From positions 62,001-126,000 of the forward strand of contig NC_135823.1 of assembly GCF_964213995.1 (NCBI RefSeq): a stretch of 64,000 nt of DNA, in the 5' to 3' direction. Position numbers and translations under genes: made by a program. Positions 21,731-35,799 of the stretch are shown here, piece by piece (the first letter of the stretch is position 1; each line of letters opens with the position of its first letter). The DNA comes from Mustelus asterias. Its lineage: Eukaryota. The notes beneath the pieces were generated by a model that searched no databases, was not told the origin of the DNA, and was given only the letters and a program-made list of their open reading frames with translations.

Positions 21731-23164
21731 TGTAGGTCCAAGTGCTGGCGTGCATTCGACATGTTCTACAAAATACCTCAAACATCTACTCACATCTGTT
21801 ACACCAGACTTGGAGTGCAGAGCACGGTTCTTCCTAATCTGGTAAGGATTCTCTGGTAGTGGAAAAGGTGCAGTTAACACTTCACAACGAATGATGCCAG
21901 AAATGAGAGTGTGTAACTGTTAGTGAGTCTTGAAGTGTTTGGAGGTCTTTTTCTCGAAACAAAATTGAAAATTGAGGGCTGATCCACCGAAACATTTAGA
22001 AATATGAAATGCTTCAACAAGGCAGAAGTAGGATTTCAAAATATTGCAGGATGAGTTCGTCGCCAAGCAGGAATTCAGGACAAAATTGTATTTTGGAAGA
22101 ACAAAGAACAAAGAAAATTACAGCACAGGAACAGGCCCTTCGGCCCTCCAAGCCTGCATCGACCATGCTGCCCGACTTAACTAAAACCCCTTCCGGGGAC
22201 CATATCCCTCTATTCCCATTCTATTCATGTATTTGTCAATACGCCCTTAAAAGTCCCTACCGTATCCGCTTCCACTACCTCCCGCGGCAACGAGTTCCAG
22301 GCACCCACTACTCTCTGTGTAAAAAATCTGTAAGAATGGGCAGAATATAGAATTCGGTCGCATGGGGAATGCTTTTGATTTGATTTGATTTGATTTATTA
22401 TTGGCACATGTATTGGGATACAGTGAAAAGTATTATTTCTTGCGCGCTATCCAGACAAAGCATTCCGTTCATCGAGAAGGAAAGGAGGGAGTGCAGAATG
22501 TAGTGTCACAGTCAGAGCCAGGGTGTAGAGAAAGATCAACTTCGTGCAAGGTGGGCCCATTTTTCATTGTATAGTAATACATGTGACAATAATAAATCAA
22601 ACCAAATCAAATGAAAATGTGCCGATTCAAAAAAAATCGCACCATTAAAATCTTTCTGACAATGGCGTTAGTTGTCCCATTTTCCTCCCCACTTCCGCTT
22701 GAGACGAATGACAAAGATGGGCAGCTGGATAGACACGAAGGAGAGAAAGGAGAAGAAGGATATGTTGATGGGGTGATAGAAAGAAGGAATGAGGTACCTC
22801 TGGAACATTAACAACAGCTGATAGGCCGAATGGTACCAATCTGTACTGTGCTTTTGATGTAATCGTGTTAGAAAAACATGAAAGCAAAGCCATCCTTTGA
22901 TACCCTGATATGTGAGCAGTTAATGCTGCCTCTTTGCTTTGTATGGGTTGCAACAGGGCATGGTCCACATTTTTTCAGTGAGATTACAGTCGCCTTGTTT
23001 AATGTCGAGCCTGGCCCGAACATCGGATATCCCCAGGTTCTTGGTAGCCGGTGATCTGTCTTTGCAAGTGCACTTACTTTTGAAATGTAGGAGATTCAGT
23101 CAGGATCACGCAAAACAGAATGCCGAAAATTGACAAATGATAAAGCCTTGATAAGTTGACTTAT

Positions 23165-23650
23165 AGAACCATAAAACTCCTGTAGCGTAAAAGGAGGGCC
23201 ATTCAGCCCATTGAGCCTTCACCGCCAGCAATCCCACCCAGGCGATATCGCGGTGACCCCACATATTTAGCCTGCTAATTCCCCTGACACTAAGAGGCAA
23301 TTTAGCATGGCCAATCCACCTAACCTGCACATCTTTATCCATTAAGGTGCAATTTAGCATGGCCAATCCAGCATCCTGCACATTTTTGGATACTTAGAGA
23401 CAATTTAGCGTGGCCAATCCACGTAACCCGAATATCCTTGGACACTAAGGGACAATTTACCATGATCAATGTACCTCACCTGCACACCTTTGGACACTAA
23501 GGGACAACTTAGCATGGCCAATCAGTAAACTGGCACATATTTGGACACTAAGGGGCAATTTTGCATGACCAATCCAGAATACCTGCACATCTTTCGACAC
23601 TAAGGGGCAATTAAGCTAGTCAATCCACCTAACCAGCACATCGTTGGACA
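23165..23650 (-). repeat. SINE with 52-bp tandem array (~7 units)
   Basis: Same unit as 17470-18160. Confidence 0.8.
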
Positions 23651-24269
23651 TTGGCATTCAAACGGACAGCGTTCTAATTTACAGATACTGTCCCAGACAC
23701 CTCGATGGCCATTTTTGTTGATTCCTGTTGCTTCTTTTGACAAATCCTCTGAAATCAATGCCATGTAACTCTCGATATTTTGCACTTTTCTACAAATATG
23801 TATTCGTCTTTTTTGCAGAAATTATGAATGGCAACAGAACACAGAAACAGACAAGGCTCTGAACACAAAACAAAAAAAAGTAACGTGATTTGTTGTATTT
23901 AAGCTAATCCACGTCCTTTACCTTAATATAGGCTGCTGGCCGTAAGAGAATGGGAGAGTAATCATCTTTATTTATCATTACGCTTCCAGAAAGCGAGCAA
24001 ACCCTTTGCTTTGTGAAAAACTTCCTTTATACTGACAAACAATCCTATTTAAATAGCAGTTGCCTGGTTACTTGTTCTTTACCATCCAAGACCACCTCTA
24101 CACATGCTCAGTGATGGCACTTGCTGTCGACTGTGTGATGGTCAGTTGACATTCATCATTAACCAGGGTCAGAATCCCGCCTTTCATCTCCAGGGAGAAG
24201 AACAGGTGCAAAGTGGATTGACTCAATTCTGTTCCTCATATCAGCTCGTTCACAACCTGTGTGGATCCC

Positions 24270-24722
24270 TTTGGATGTTGCCTGGTATGGAGGGTCTTAG
24301 CTATGAGGAGAGATTGGGTAGACTGGGGTTGTTCTCCTTGGAAAGACGGAGAATGTGGGGAGATCTAATAGAGGTATACAAGATTATGAAGGGTATAGAT
24401 AGGGTGAACAGTGAGAAGCTTTTTCCCAGGTCGGAGGTGACGATCACGAGGGGTCACGGGCTCAAGCTGAGAGGGGCGAAGTATAACTCAGACATCAGAG
24501 GGACGTTTTTTACACAGAGGGTGGTGGGGGCCTGGAATGCGCTGCCAAGTAGGGTGGTGAAGGCAGGCACGCTGACATCGTTTAAGACTTACCTGGATAG
24601 TCACATGAGCAGCCTGGGAATGGAGGGATACAAACGATTGGTCTAGTTGGACCAAGGAGCGGCACAGGCTTGGAGGGCCGAAGAGCCTGTTTCCTGTGCT
24701 GTACTGTTCTTTGTTCTTTGAT
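24270..24722 (+). mobile_element. CR1 LINE 3' end
   Basis: MLPGMEGLSYEERLGRLGLFSLERRR... Confidence 0.85.
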
Positions 24723-24909
24723 TGCTCTGGCCGTCCCCAGCTCCTTACTAATACCGTGCATTAAGTTAGATATATGCAAATCTAGAATCTTGGGTCGTAA
24801 TAGTTCGGAATGGGAGGTGATGGAGACTGAGGGGATAAGGGGGTGGCTTGACTGAGATGTATAAAATTATGTGGGGCACAGATAGAGGAGATGGAAAGAA
24901 ACGTTTTAA

Positions 24910-25210
24910 GTGTATTTATTCGTGCCACTAGTTGGCTCACATTACACTCTAATAAAGTAACTGTGATAATCCTCTTATTGCCACACTCTGGCGCCTGTTC
25001 TGGTAGACTGAGGGAAACTTTAGCATGGGCAATGCACCTAACCAGCATGTCATTTGGAGTTTGGGAGAAAGCTGGAGCACCCGGAGGAAACCCACGCAGA
25101 CACGGAGAGAATGTGCAGACTTCAAACAGAGAGTGGCCCAAGCTGGGAATTGAACCCGGGTCCCTGCCGCGGTGAGGCAGTAATGCTAATCACTATGCCA
25201 CCGTACCACC
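24910..25210 (-). mobile_element. SINE (tail B)
   Basis: Head and central domain. Confidence 0.75.
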
Positions 25211-25479
25211 CAGTTTTCCTTGGTGGGAGGATCAATGAACAGGGGGCATGGATTTAAGGTGAGGGACAGAATGTTTGGAACCATAGAATCCTTACAGAGC
25301 AGAATGAGGCCATTCAGTCCATAGTGCCTGCCCCAACGCGCTGAAAGAGCATCTGGACCGAAATCTATTTTCAGATCTTTTGTCCGTGTTTGAATCAAGG
25401 CTGGAATGAAGTAGTCCTTGACTAAGACTGGGAGAACCCAAACTGAGCGCCAGTGGAAAGGTTATTACTTGACATGCAT

Positions 25480-26015
25480 CGATTGGATTGGATTGGATTT
25501 GATTTCATTTACTATTGTCACATGTATGAGTACACTTTGAGAAGCATATTTTCTTGTGCGCTATACAGGCAAAACATACCGTGCAAATGGAAGGAAAGGA
25601 GAGAGTGCAGAACGTAGTGTCACAGTCATAGCTAGGGTGTAGAGAAATATCAACTTAATACTAGGGAGGTCCATTCAAAAGTCTGAAGGTAGCAGTGAAG
25701 GAACAGTGTTTGAGTCAGTTGGTACGTGACCTCAGACTTTTGTAGCATTTTCCATACATGGAAGAGAGTATGTCCGGGGTGCGGGGGTCCTTGAATTACG
25801 CTGGCAGCTTTTTTGAGGTATCGGGAATTGTAGAACATGTCAATGGATGCAAGGCTGTTTGGAATGATGGACTGGACTTCATTCACGCTTTGTGGTTTTT
25901 TGCAGTCTTGGGCCGAGCAGGAGCCATGCCAAGTTGTGATGCAACCAGAAAGAATGGTTTCTGTGGTGCCTCTGTAGAAGTTGGTGAGAGTTGTAGCTGA
26001 CATGCCACATTTCCT
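25480..26015 (-). mobile_element. Rex1/Babar 3' fragment
   Basis: TLTNFYRGTTETILSGCITTW. Confidence 0.8.
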
Positions 26016-26749
26016 AGCAATGTCAATAATCACTGATGATGGAGAGGAAATGCATGGGGTGATAATGAACTCAGTTGAATTTGTCCTGGTAATAATGTAC
26101 AGGACATACCTGAGAAATTTTACACATTACCGAATAGCTGCCTGTGTTATCGCTGTACCTTAACATGGAGAACTGCTCAATTATCAGCGGAATGGGTCTG
26201 GGGACACATTGCAATTAGCTGGTGTTTTCCTTTTCCATGTTTGACCAAATGTGAATTGATGGGATCAGGAGTGGATAGGGAGTATTCTCAGGACTACTCA
26301 CTCCCGGCTGGCTACCCCATGGCCGCCATCTTAGCTAGATATGTCCTGCGAGAGCAGAACGTACGTTGGAATGGCGATGATGGAGATTACTGACATTGGG
26401 AGATGTGAATGCTTGGTGTGAAAAGGAGATGATTTGCTGCAACGCGGCAGGTTAAATGAGTAATCGCCAATTTACCAGATGGTGGCTCGTGTGGGGAATT
26501 ATTCATATAGCTTGGAAGAATAGACAATCTGACTATGTTTGCGTGAACTTGTAAAGGAACTCTGCTAATTCGCATCTGGATGCAGGAAAGAAGTGAGAAT
26601 TCAAAAATAATATTCAATATGTATTGCTACAATTGGACAGGATGTTATGCGATCACTCCTGAAATGATGTGTCCAGGTTTGAACTCCAAATTTAAGGAAG
26701 GATAAATTTGCTCAAGAGGCGGTACAGTTAATGTCCTTTAGAAAATTAG

Positions 26750-27690
26750 GACATAAGAACTAGGAGCAGGAGTAGACCATGTGGCCCCTCAAGCCTGCTC
26801 CACCATGTAATAAGATCATAGCTGATCTTTTCATGGACTCAGCTCCACTTACCCACCCGCTCACCATAATCCTTAATTCCTTTACTGCATCTATTTTTGC
26901 CTTAAAAACATTCAAAGAGGTAGCCTCAACTGCTTCACTGGGCCGGGAATTCCATGGATTCATAACCCTTTGGGTGAAGAAGCTCTTCCTAAACTCAATC
27001 CCAAATCTGCTCCCCCTTATTTTGCGGCTATGCCCCCTTGTTCTAGTTTCACCCGCCAGTGGAAACAAACTCCTTGCTTCTATCTTATCTATTCCCTTCA
27101 TAATCTTATATGTTTCTATGAGATCCCCCTCATCCCTCTGAATTCCAATGAGTATAGGCACAGTCTACACAGTCTCTCCCCATAAGCCAAGCCTCTGAAT
27201 TCCACAATCAACCTCGTGAATCGCCGCTGCACTCCTCCAGTGCCCGTATATCCTTTCTCACGTAAGGAAACCAAAACTGTACACAGTACTCCAAGTGTGG
27301 CCTCTCCAGCACCTTAAACAGCTGCAACATAACCTCTCTGAATTAAACTCCATCCCTCTCGCAATAAATCTCAAAATTCCATTTGCCTTCTTAATTATCA
27401 GCTGCACCTGCGAACCAACTTTTTGTGATTCATGCATAAGGGCACCCAGATCCCTCTGCACAGCAGCACGCTACATTTTTTACCATTTAAGAAAAAAGTA
27501 AATTTTGCTGTTATTCCTATCAAAATGGATGATCTCACTTTTCCCAACATTGTACTCAATCCGCCACGCCCTTGTCCACTCACTTAGACTACCTATAACC
27601 CTTCGCAGGCGTTAATTGTCCTCTGCACACTTTGCTCGACCACTCATCATACTGTCACCTGCGTACTTGGTCCCCAACTCCTAATAATCT
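26750..27690 (-). mobile_element. CR1 LINE 3' fragment
   Basis: QRDLG..KKANGIL, GDLIETYKIMKG. Confidence 0.8.
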
Positions 27691-27999
27691 ATCATTAACC
27701 CCTTGAACGATAGGGTTTTCCTGTGATGAGAGACTGGGAAAATTATGTTTATATTCTTTGTAGAACAGAAAAATGAGACATCAACGCATTGAAACACAAT
27801 ATTTTGAAGGATGGTGACATGCCAGATACGAAAGAGGTTGATTACATTAGCTGGAAAATATGTCACACAGCGACATGGCCTCAGGATCAAGAAATTACCA
27901 TTTCAGAATGAGAGGAGGAGAATTTTCTCCGACCAGAGGATAATGAATGTTTTGGAATCTCTGCCCAAGTGACCTGTCGATGCTCAGTCACTCCTAAGA

Positions 28000-30120
28000 C
28001 CATAAGACATTGGAGCAGTATTAGGCCACTCGTCCATAGCGTCTGCTCCACCATTCAATCTTGGCTGATACTTTTCTCATCCCCATTCTCCTGCATTTTG
28101 CCCATAACCCCTGATACCCTTATTAAGCAAGAACATATCTATCTCTATCTTAAAGACACTCAGTGGTCTGGCCTCCACAGCCTTCTGTGACGAAGAGTTC
28201 CACAGATTCACCACTCTCTGACTGAAGAAATTCCTCCTCATATCTGTTTTAAAGGTTCGTTCCTTTAGCCTGAGGATGTGCCCTCTGGTTCTAGTTTTTC
28301 CTACCAGTGGAAATATCCTCTCCACGTCCACTCTATCCAGGCCTCGCAGTATCCTGTAAGTTTCAATAACAACCCCCCCCCCCTCGCCCCCCCCCCCCCC
28401 CCCCGCCATCCTTCTAAACTTCAACGAGTACAGACCCAGAGTCCTCAACCGTTCCTCATATGACAAGCCCTTCATTCCAGGAATCATTCTTGTGACCATC
28501 CTCTGGACTCTTTCCAAGGCCAGCACATCTTTCCCTAGATATGGGGCACTAAACTGCTCACAATACTCCAAATGCGGTCTGACCAGAGTCTTATACAGCC
28601 TCAGCAGTACATCCCTGCCCTTGTATTCTAGCCCTCTCGACATGAATGCTAACATTGCAATTTCCTTCCTAACTGCCGATTGAAACTGCACCTTAAGAAA
28701 ATCTTGAACAATGAGTCCCAAGTCCCTTTGTGTTTCTGATTTCCGAAGCATTTTTCCATTTAGAAAATAGCCTATGCCTCCATTTCTCCTTCCAAAGGGC
28801 ATAACCTCACACTTTTCCACATTGTATTCCATCTGCCACTTCTTTGCCCACTTTCCTAACCTGCCCAGTTCTTTTTCCAACCCTCCTGCTTCCTCAAGAC
28901 TACCTGTCCCTCTACATACCTTTGTATCATTTGGAAACTTAGCAACAGTGCCTTCAGATCCTTCCTCCAAATCGTTAATGTATATTGTGAAAATTTGTGG
29001 TCCCAGCACTGACCCCCGAGGCACGCCACTAGTCACCGGCTGCCATCCTGAAAGAGACGCCGTTATCTCCACTCTCTGTCTTCCGCCAGTCAGCCAATCC
29101 TCTGTCCATGCCAGGATCTTACTCTTAACACCATGCGCACTTAACTTATTTAACAGTCTCCTATGTAGCACCTTGTCAAAGGCCTTCTGGAAATCCACTG
29201 GTTCTCCTTTATCTAACTTCCTTGTTACCTCCTCAAAGAACTCTAACAGATTCGTCAGATATGAGCACCCATTGACAAAGCCTTGCTGACTCATTCCTAC
29301 TTCATCATGAACTTCAAAGTACTCTGCAATCTCATCTTTAATAATTGTCTCTATAATCTTGCCAATGACCGACGTCAGGCTAAGTGGCCTATAAAACCCC
29401 ATCTGCTGCCTCCGTACCTTCTTAAACAGCGGTGTTACTATCCTACTTTCCAATCCTCTGGTACTCTCCCTGCCTCCAGTGATTCCTGAAGTTCACAACC
29501 ATTGAGTCCACAATTTCCTCAGTTATCTCTTTTAGAACCCTGGGGTGTAGTCCATCTGGTCCAGGTGACTTATCCACCTTCAGACCTTTCAGTTTCCCCA
29601 GAACCTTCTCCTTAGTGATGGCCACTCCACTCATCTGTGCCCCTTGGCTCTCCTGGAGCTCTGGCATCCCACTGGTGTCTTCCACCGCGAAGACTGATGC
29701 AAAGTAACTGTTCAGTTCCTCTGCCTTCGCTTTGTTTCCTGTTATTACTTCTCCAGCCTCACTTTCCAGTGGTCCAATGGCTATTTCTGCCTCTCTCTTA
29801 CCTTTTATATATTGAAACAAAACTCTTCCTATCTTCTTTTATACTACTAGCTAGCTTACACTCATATTTCATGTTCTCATCGCTAATTGTTTTTTTTTCA
29901 GTTGTGCTCTGCTCGCTTTTAAAGGCTTCCCAATCCTCTGGCTTCCCACTGATCCTTGCCACTTTGTAAGCTTTTTATTTTGCTTTTATGCTGTCCTTGA
30001 CTTCCCTCGTCAGCCATGGATGCCTCGTCCTCTCCTTAACATGTTGCCTCCTTCTTGGGATGAATTTCATTTGTGCCTCCCGAATAACTCTCAAAAACTC
30101 CTGCCATTGCTGTTCCAAAG
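28000..30120 (-). mobile_element. CR1/HER1 LINE, 5'-truncated ORF2 (RT), decayed
   Basis: KSPGPDGLHPRVLKE, YRPLSLTS, DFQKAFDKV, GVPRGSVLGP; the catalytic ADD is degraded to PND. Confidence 0.9.
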
Positions 30121-30499
30121 TCTTCGATATTTTACTCAGTATATTGAAGAGTAAGGTCTATTGATTTTTGGATAAGAACAGAAACGAGGTATTTGGAGAT
30201 AGTGTGGCAAAATGGAACTCGGGTACAAGGTCTCGGTGAAGCAAATGTCTTCTCTTGCTCATGTTTCTCACCTGTATGCTCAGGGTCTCAACATTTTGAC
30301 GAAGCCTTTGGTAGCCATGGGGTGTTGCTGGGAAACACATCCTTGCATTAACACATGGTGGGGGAAAAACCTGGAACTCAGAATTGAGTTCTGTTGCATT
30401 TGCAGGATGCGTTTGATTGATGTGTGTCACATGTTGTCAAAGTTATGCCAAATGTAAAGTGGATTCCTAACCGTCCATTCTGAAACTGCATGCATCAGT

Positions 30500-31205
30500 G
30501 GCGGCACTGTAGCACAGTGGTTAATCCTGCTGCCTCACAGTATAAAGGACCTGCGTTCGATTCCCAGCTTGGGTCACTGTCTGTCTGGAATTTGCACCTT
30601 CTCCCCGCGTCTGCGTGCGTTTCCTCCGGATGCTCATGTTTCCCCCCACTGTCTGAAAGCCGTGCTGCTCAGGTGCATTGATCGTGCTGAATTCTCCCAG
30701 TGTACCTGAATAGGCGCTAAAGTGTGGCGATCAGTGGATTTTCACAGTAACCTCATTGCAGTGTTAATGTAAGCCCACATGTGACAGGAATAAAAAAAAA
30801 CTTTAATGCTCTCCAGCATGCTATTTCTCTGAAAGTTTTCTCCCCTTCATCTTCGTCCATCACCTCGTAAGTTGGATTTTCCCAAATATTTATTCATTTT
30901 GATTCTCAAACCGCTTTTAGGGCGATACGGTGGTACAGTGCTGCCTCACAACGCCAGGGACCCGAGTTCGAATCCTGGCGTCGGTCACTCTCTGTGTGGA
31001 GTTTGCACGTTCTCCCTGTGTCTGTTCGGGTTCCCTCCTGGTGCTCCGGATTCCTCCCACAGTCCGAAGGATCTGCTGGTTCTGTGCATTGGCCATGCTA
31101 AATTCTCCCTCTGTGTACCCGAACAGGCGCTGGGGTTTGGCGACTAGCGGATTTCACAGTAACTTCATTGCAGTGTTAATGTAAGCCTACTTATGAAAAA
31201 TAAAT
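30500..31205 (+). mobile_element. Two tandem SINEs (tail B), 30500-30800 and 30920-31205
   Basis: Heads with GGTTCGA-like B box, central domain and A-rich ends. Confidence 0.8.
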
Positions 31206-31579
31206 AAAATTTTAAAAATATTATCGATGAATTAGTTTCTTCGGATTTATTGCAAGAAGGCTGCATGAGAAGAGTAAGGTTTACTGCAATGAAGGTGTAG
31301 AAGCCTTTGAGGTTTCTATGTCATTGAGTGGGTTCTATGCATATTTCCTCGGGGGCAGGGCAGTGTGTGGTAATCCCATTAAAATATATAAGATACTGGC
31401 TGTGCTTTGAGGGCAAATGTTGATAGGCTTTTTCTCCCACTTTATGGAGATTCTGGAACTGGGAGTGACAGTCTCCGGATCAAGACTGAGATGGTGAGAA
31501 GTTTCGTCAGTCGCAGGCTTGTGATCGTTTGGGATTCTCTATTGCACAGATGTCCATGTGTTTTCGGGAATGAGCAGCA

Positions 31580-32112
31580 TGTGAGGCAGAGCAATTTGGC
31601 CCATCGAGCTTACACCGGCAACAATCCCACCCAGGCCATGTCCCCGTAACCTCGCACGTTTACCATGGTTAATCCAGCCAAACAACACATCTCTGGACAA
31701 CAATTGGAATTTAGCAGGGCCAATGCACCTAACTGCCACATCTTTGGACACAAAGGGGCAATTTAGCATGGCCAATCCACTTAATCTGCAAATCGTGGGA
31801 CACTAAAGGGCAATTTAGCATGGCCAATCCAGCGAACCTTCCCACCATTGAACACTAAGTGACAATCTAGCATGGCGAATCTACCTAAACTGCACATTAT
31901 GGACACTCAGGGGCAATTTAGCAAGGCCAATCCACCTAACATGCACATCTTGGGACACTAAGGGGCAATTTAGCATGGGAGGAAACTGGAACACTCTGAG
32001 GAAACCCACGCAGAAATGGGGAGAACGTGCAAGCTCAACAGAAGCAGTGACCCAAGCCAGGAATCCAACCCGGATCCCTGTCAGTGCGAGGCACTGTGCC
32101 ACCGTGCCGCCC
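31580..32112 (-). mobile_element. SINE with 52-bp tandem array
   Basis: About 6 units plus head. Confidence 0.8.
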
Positions 32113-32994
32113 TACTTGCACCGACTCTCCAGAAGAGCATCTTACCCAGACACACTTTGCCCTCTAAAGAGGTATAATCGTTTGAAATACCATCTGCTTT
32201 CTGGGTTCCAAATAATTTTTATTATTATTTCCACAGGAGGTCAATACTTCCAAAAGAATTTAGAATTGTTCACAAGGGATCCTGCGACAGAGACTGTAGC
32301 TGCTTCCACTCCTGGCCGCACGGTGTCGCTCTAACTCTGGAGCACGCCTTTCCTACCCGCAGTCGCATCTTGCCCGCTCCGTTTCCCGGTCGCTGCTCTT
32401 TGTCAAATCCCGATCACGCCCCCATGACGGGGAGCGACGTCTGCCATTCATTCGTGATGTCAAATCCTTTTCAAATATTCACATCGCCATTGGAAGGTGT
32501 TGATACAGGGTGATTGTGCGTTAATTCTCAATGATTAATGTGCTGACTGTTGGTATCATGCTGTGGCTGTTAATAACAACATTTTGTCTGTGAGTATTAT
32601 TGGAATTATTCTGACAGGACTGGGCGTACTTAGCTTTTTTCAGATGAGCGTCAAATAAAGGTTATTTATCTATTTCTAGTGGTCAATTGTTTGCTTTAAA
32701 ATGAAAGATAAGGATTATTCCGAGCACATGTCTCTGGGCTTGTTGGCTCTTGGACCTGGTTGAGAACGCCTGGGTGATTTCTGGTGTCCCACTTCAAAGA
32801 TTTGCTTCGATTTACTTTCAATGCCGAACACGCGCAGAGCAATATCAAAATTTGGTCCCAGACGAGGCAAAGATATATTTGGAAGGGTGATGTTAAGCTA
32901 TTTCAAGGAGGTGTGTGTTAAGGAGACTCTTACATTGGAAAATGAGGACGGAATTTTTAGCAGGTCAGCGAATGAATTCGAGATCTTATTGGCT

Positions 32995-33305
32995 GGGGGC
33001 CACTATGGTTAGCACTGCTGCCTCATATTGCCAGGACCGGGGTTCGATTCCTGGCTTGGGTCACTGTCTGTGTGGGGTCTGCACATTCTCCCCGTGTCTG
33101 CGTGGGTTTCCTCCAGGTGCTCTGGTTTCCTTCCACATGCTGATTAGATGCAATGGCCATGCAAACGAAAGGCATGCTGGTCAGATGCACTAGCCATGCA
33201 AATTATCCGAAAGTGTTCCGGAATAGGCACCGGAGTGTGACGACGAGGGGGATTTTCACAGCAACTTCATTGCAGTGTTAATGTAAGCCTACTTGTGACG
33301 CTAAC
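32995..33305 (+). mobile_element. SINE (tail B)
   Basis: Head and central domain. Confidence 0.75.
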
Positions 33306-33649
33306 AGATGAACTAAACTTGAAAGCTTCAATGGTTGAACGAAGGGAAAATGGAGCGTATACATGTGGCTGCACTTTTCAAGCACATTAAAGTTAAATTC
33401 ATTAATTAGTCACAAATCGGCCGACACCCATGATTGTCATTGCCAAATGAAGGCACACACTTTCTGAAGTGTATTTATTGGTCACCAGTAGGCTTAGATT
33501 CACATTACAATTAAGTTACTGTGAAAATCCCCTCGTCGCCACACTCCAGCGTCTGTTTGGGTACACTGAGGGAGAATTTAGCATGGCCAATGCACGTCTT
33601 TGGACTCTGGGAGGAAACTAGAGCACCCGGAGGGAAACCACATAGACAC

Positions 33650-34592
33650 AGGATTGTTGATTGTGCAGACTCGATGGCCTCCTGCTGCACTGTAGGATTT
33701 TATATTCTGTAACTTCTGAACGCAAAGTTCCCGACCTGAATCATCAAACACGGTTCCACGTGAGGGCATGTGATTTGCTTATTGGATGACACAGAGCCTA
33801 ATTGAAGACGTGAACTCTCTGGATGACGGCTAGCTGAAGCCTTTCAAATATAGGCAGTGACCCCAAGCAAGGAATCGATACCGTGGTCCCTCGTGCTGTG
33901 AGGCAGCGGTGCTATCCACTGTGCCACCGTGCTGCCCCAGGAACTTAGTCAATGAAGTAAAAGTCAATGGTGACTGGCAGAAGCAGTATCAATCAATTTA
34001 ATGTTGTTACTGGAAAATCCGGGCTTGAATGACAACTATCTGTTAGTACCTAAATCGCCATTACCTCCCGTTGCAAGTGTCATTGATCTCTTTTTAGGGC
34101 AAGTGTCATTGAAGTTAACTCGAAATGTCAGGAAAATATTCCTGGAATCTTTCCTCAATTCACAAACATCATCAAATAAACTCGTGGGGAATATTTCAAC
34201 AATCAAGCTTACAATGATCGATGTGTACATACTATTCCATGTCAACAACGTATCAGAATGAAGTTTGGTTTATTGTGGAAGAAAGCAGATTTGTGTAACT
34301 TATTCTGTTTTGTAAGATCAATCTTCCATTTGAACAAAATGATAAACATACCACCAAATACAATAGATTTATCGAACTCATTCACAAGAAAATTATTTGC
34401 AAGTCTTCAGCGAGCCGTCATCCAGAGAGTTCGCGTCTTCATTTAGGCTCTGTGTCATCCAATAAGCAAATCTCATGCCCTCAAGTGGAACCGTGTTTGA
34501 TGATCCAGGTCGGGAACTTTGAGTTCAGAAGTTACAGAATATAAAATCCTACAGTGCAGCAGGAGGCCATCGAGTCTGCACAAACACCAATC
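33650..34592. repeat. ~190-bp inverted repeat (33650-33840 / 34405-34592)
   Basis: Arms are near-perfect reverse complements by eye. Confidence 0.85.
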
Positions 34593-34845
34593 CCACCCAG
34601 CCCCTATCCCCATAACCCCTTGTATTTACCCTTGCTAACCCCCCGACACGAAGAGGCAATTTAGCATGGCCAATCCACATAACCCGTACATCTTTGGACT
34701 CTGGGAGGAAACTGGAGCAGGCGGATGAAACCCACGCATACACAGAGTGAAAATGCAAACTCCACACAGACAGTGACCCAAACTGGGAATTGAACCTGGG
34801 TCCCTGGCGCTGTGAGGCAGCAGTGCTAAACACCGTGCTTCCGTA
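34545..34845 (-). mobile_element. HE1/V-SINE-like SINE
   Basis: Complete copy. Confidence 0.8.
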
Positions 34846-34933
34846 CATGCTGTAAAGACAACCTTTCCTTCTCATGGCTGCATAAGAAGATTCTGGGGTG
34901 AAGATAAATAAGATGTTTCTGGTGTCAAGACTC

Positions 34934-35702
34934 TGTTAAGACCCAGGCCAGAATCTTCAAGGTGTTTTATGAAGATACCCTCGATCCTATGTTTTCACTT
35001 TTGAATTTGGCACCCGTCAGCATAAGATGTTTCACTCCAGGTTTGATTAAAGAGATCCAGGAGGAAGCTTTTATCAAAGAAAATTTATTTAAGAATACGG
35101 TTACAATACAATGAAAGGAATTAGCATAACATTGACCAATCATAAGATTTATACGTGATACAGTAAAAACCTTAACTGCGAGCTATCTATGGTATTCCAA
35201 GTAAAACACCATCCCACAAACACACACCCACTTTGTAGACAAGGCAGAAAGAGCAACTGTGCCCACATGATACTAGGTTTTCAGCTTTTTAACCTGCTGT
35301 ATATTGGTCATGTGGATGCTGGATTAAATTTCTGAGGCTTCCGAGTCATGGAACTTTCTAAAAGCCTCTGGAGAGAGATAAAGCCGGAACCACGCTACCT
35401 TCTCCCACGAGATCCTGGAAGATACGAAAAGAAAACTAAAAACTTGGACTTTACTGTGGTAGAAAAGAATCTGCCCCCGGGCATCACCTGACCTGCCAGT
35501 CATGCTCCACCCAGCAATTCCAAAAGGATCATAAAACCCGAGGACACTGCTTAGGTCAGATTAAAAATAAACATGGTGTTCATTACATTGCTCCAGTAAC
35601 AATGAGAGACACTGGTTTCATAAAAAACGATGCCAACAAAAGGCTAGGAGCTGCAAAGAAAGATGATTAAAATACATTTCTTAAAGGCACTGTATCGTCA
35701 CA
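34934..35702. mobile_element. Probable solo LTR (Gypsy-like)
   Basis: TGT...ACA termini, imperfect 4-bp TSD ACTC/ACGC, ~770 bp. Confidence 0.45.
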
Positions 35703-35799
35703 ACGCAGTCTCGAGGATTGATAGCAGAGAACAGACTGACAACTGAATACTCACAGGTGCCCTACTGCACTCAAGGCCCTCTTACAGACAACAAAGTAC

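Noticed and set aside
28077-29453. 458-aa RT ORF as a domesticated gene
   Set aside because: Degraded catalytic motif, internal deletion and poly-G insertion; an ordinary dead CR1 copy.
32532-32596. Hydrophobic mini-ORF MINVLTVGIMLWLLITTFC with plus-strand donor
   Set aside because: Phase-2 donor is atypical for IgSF leaders and no following coding exon was found.
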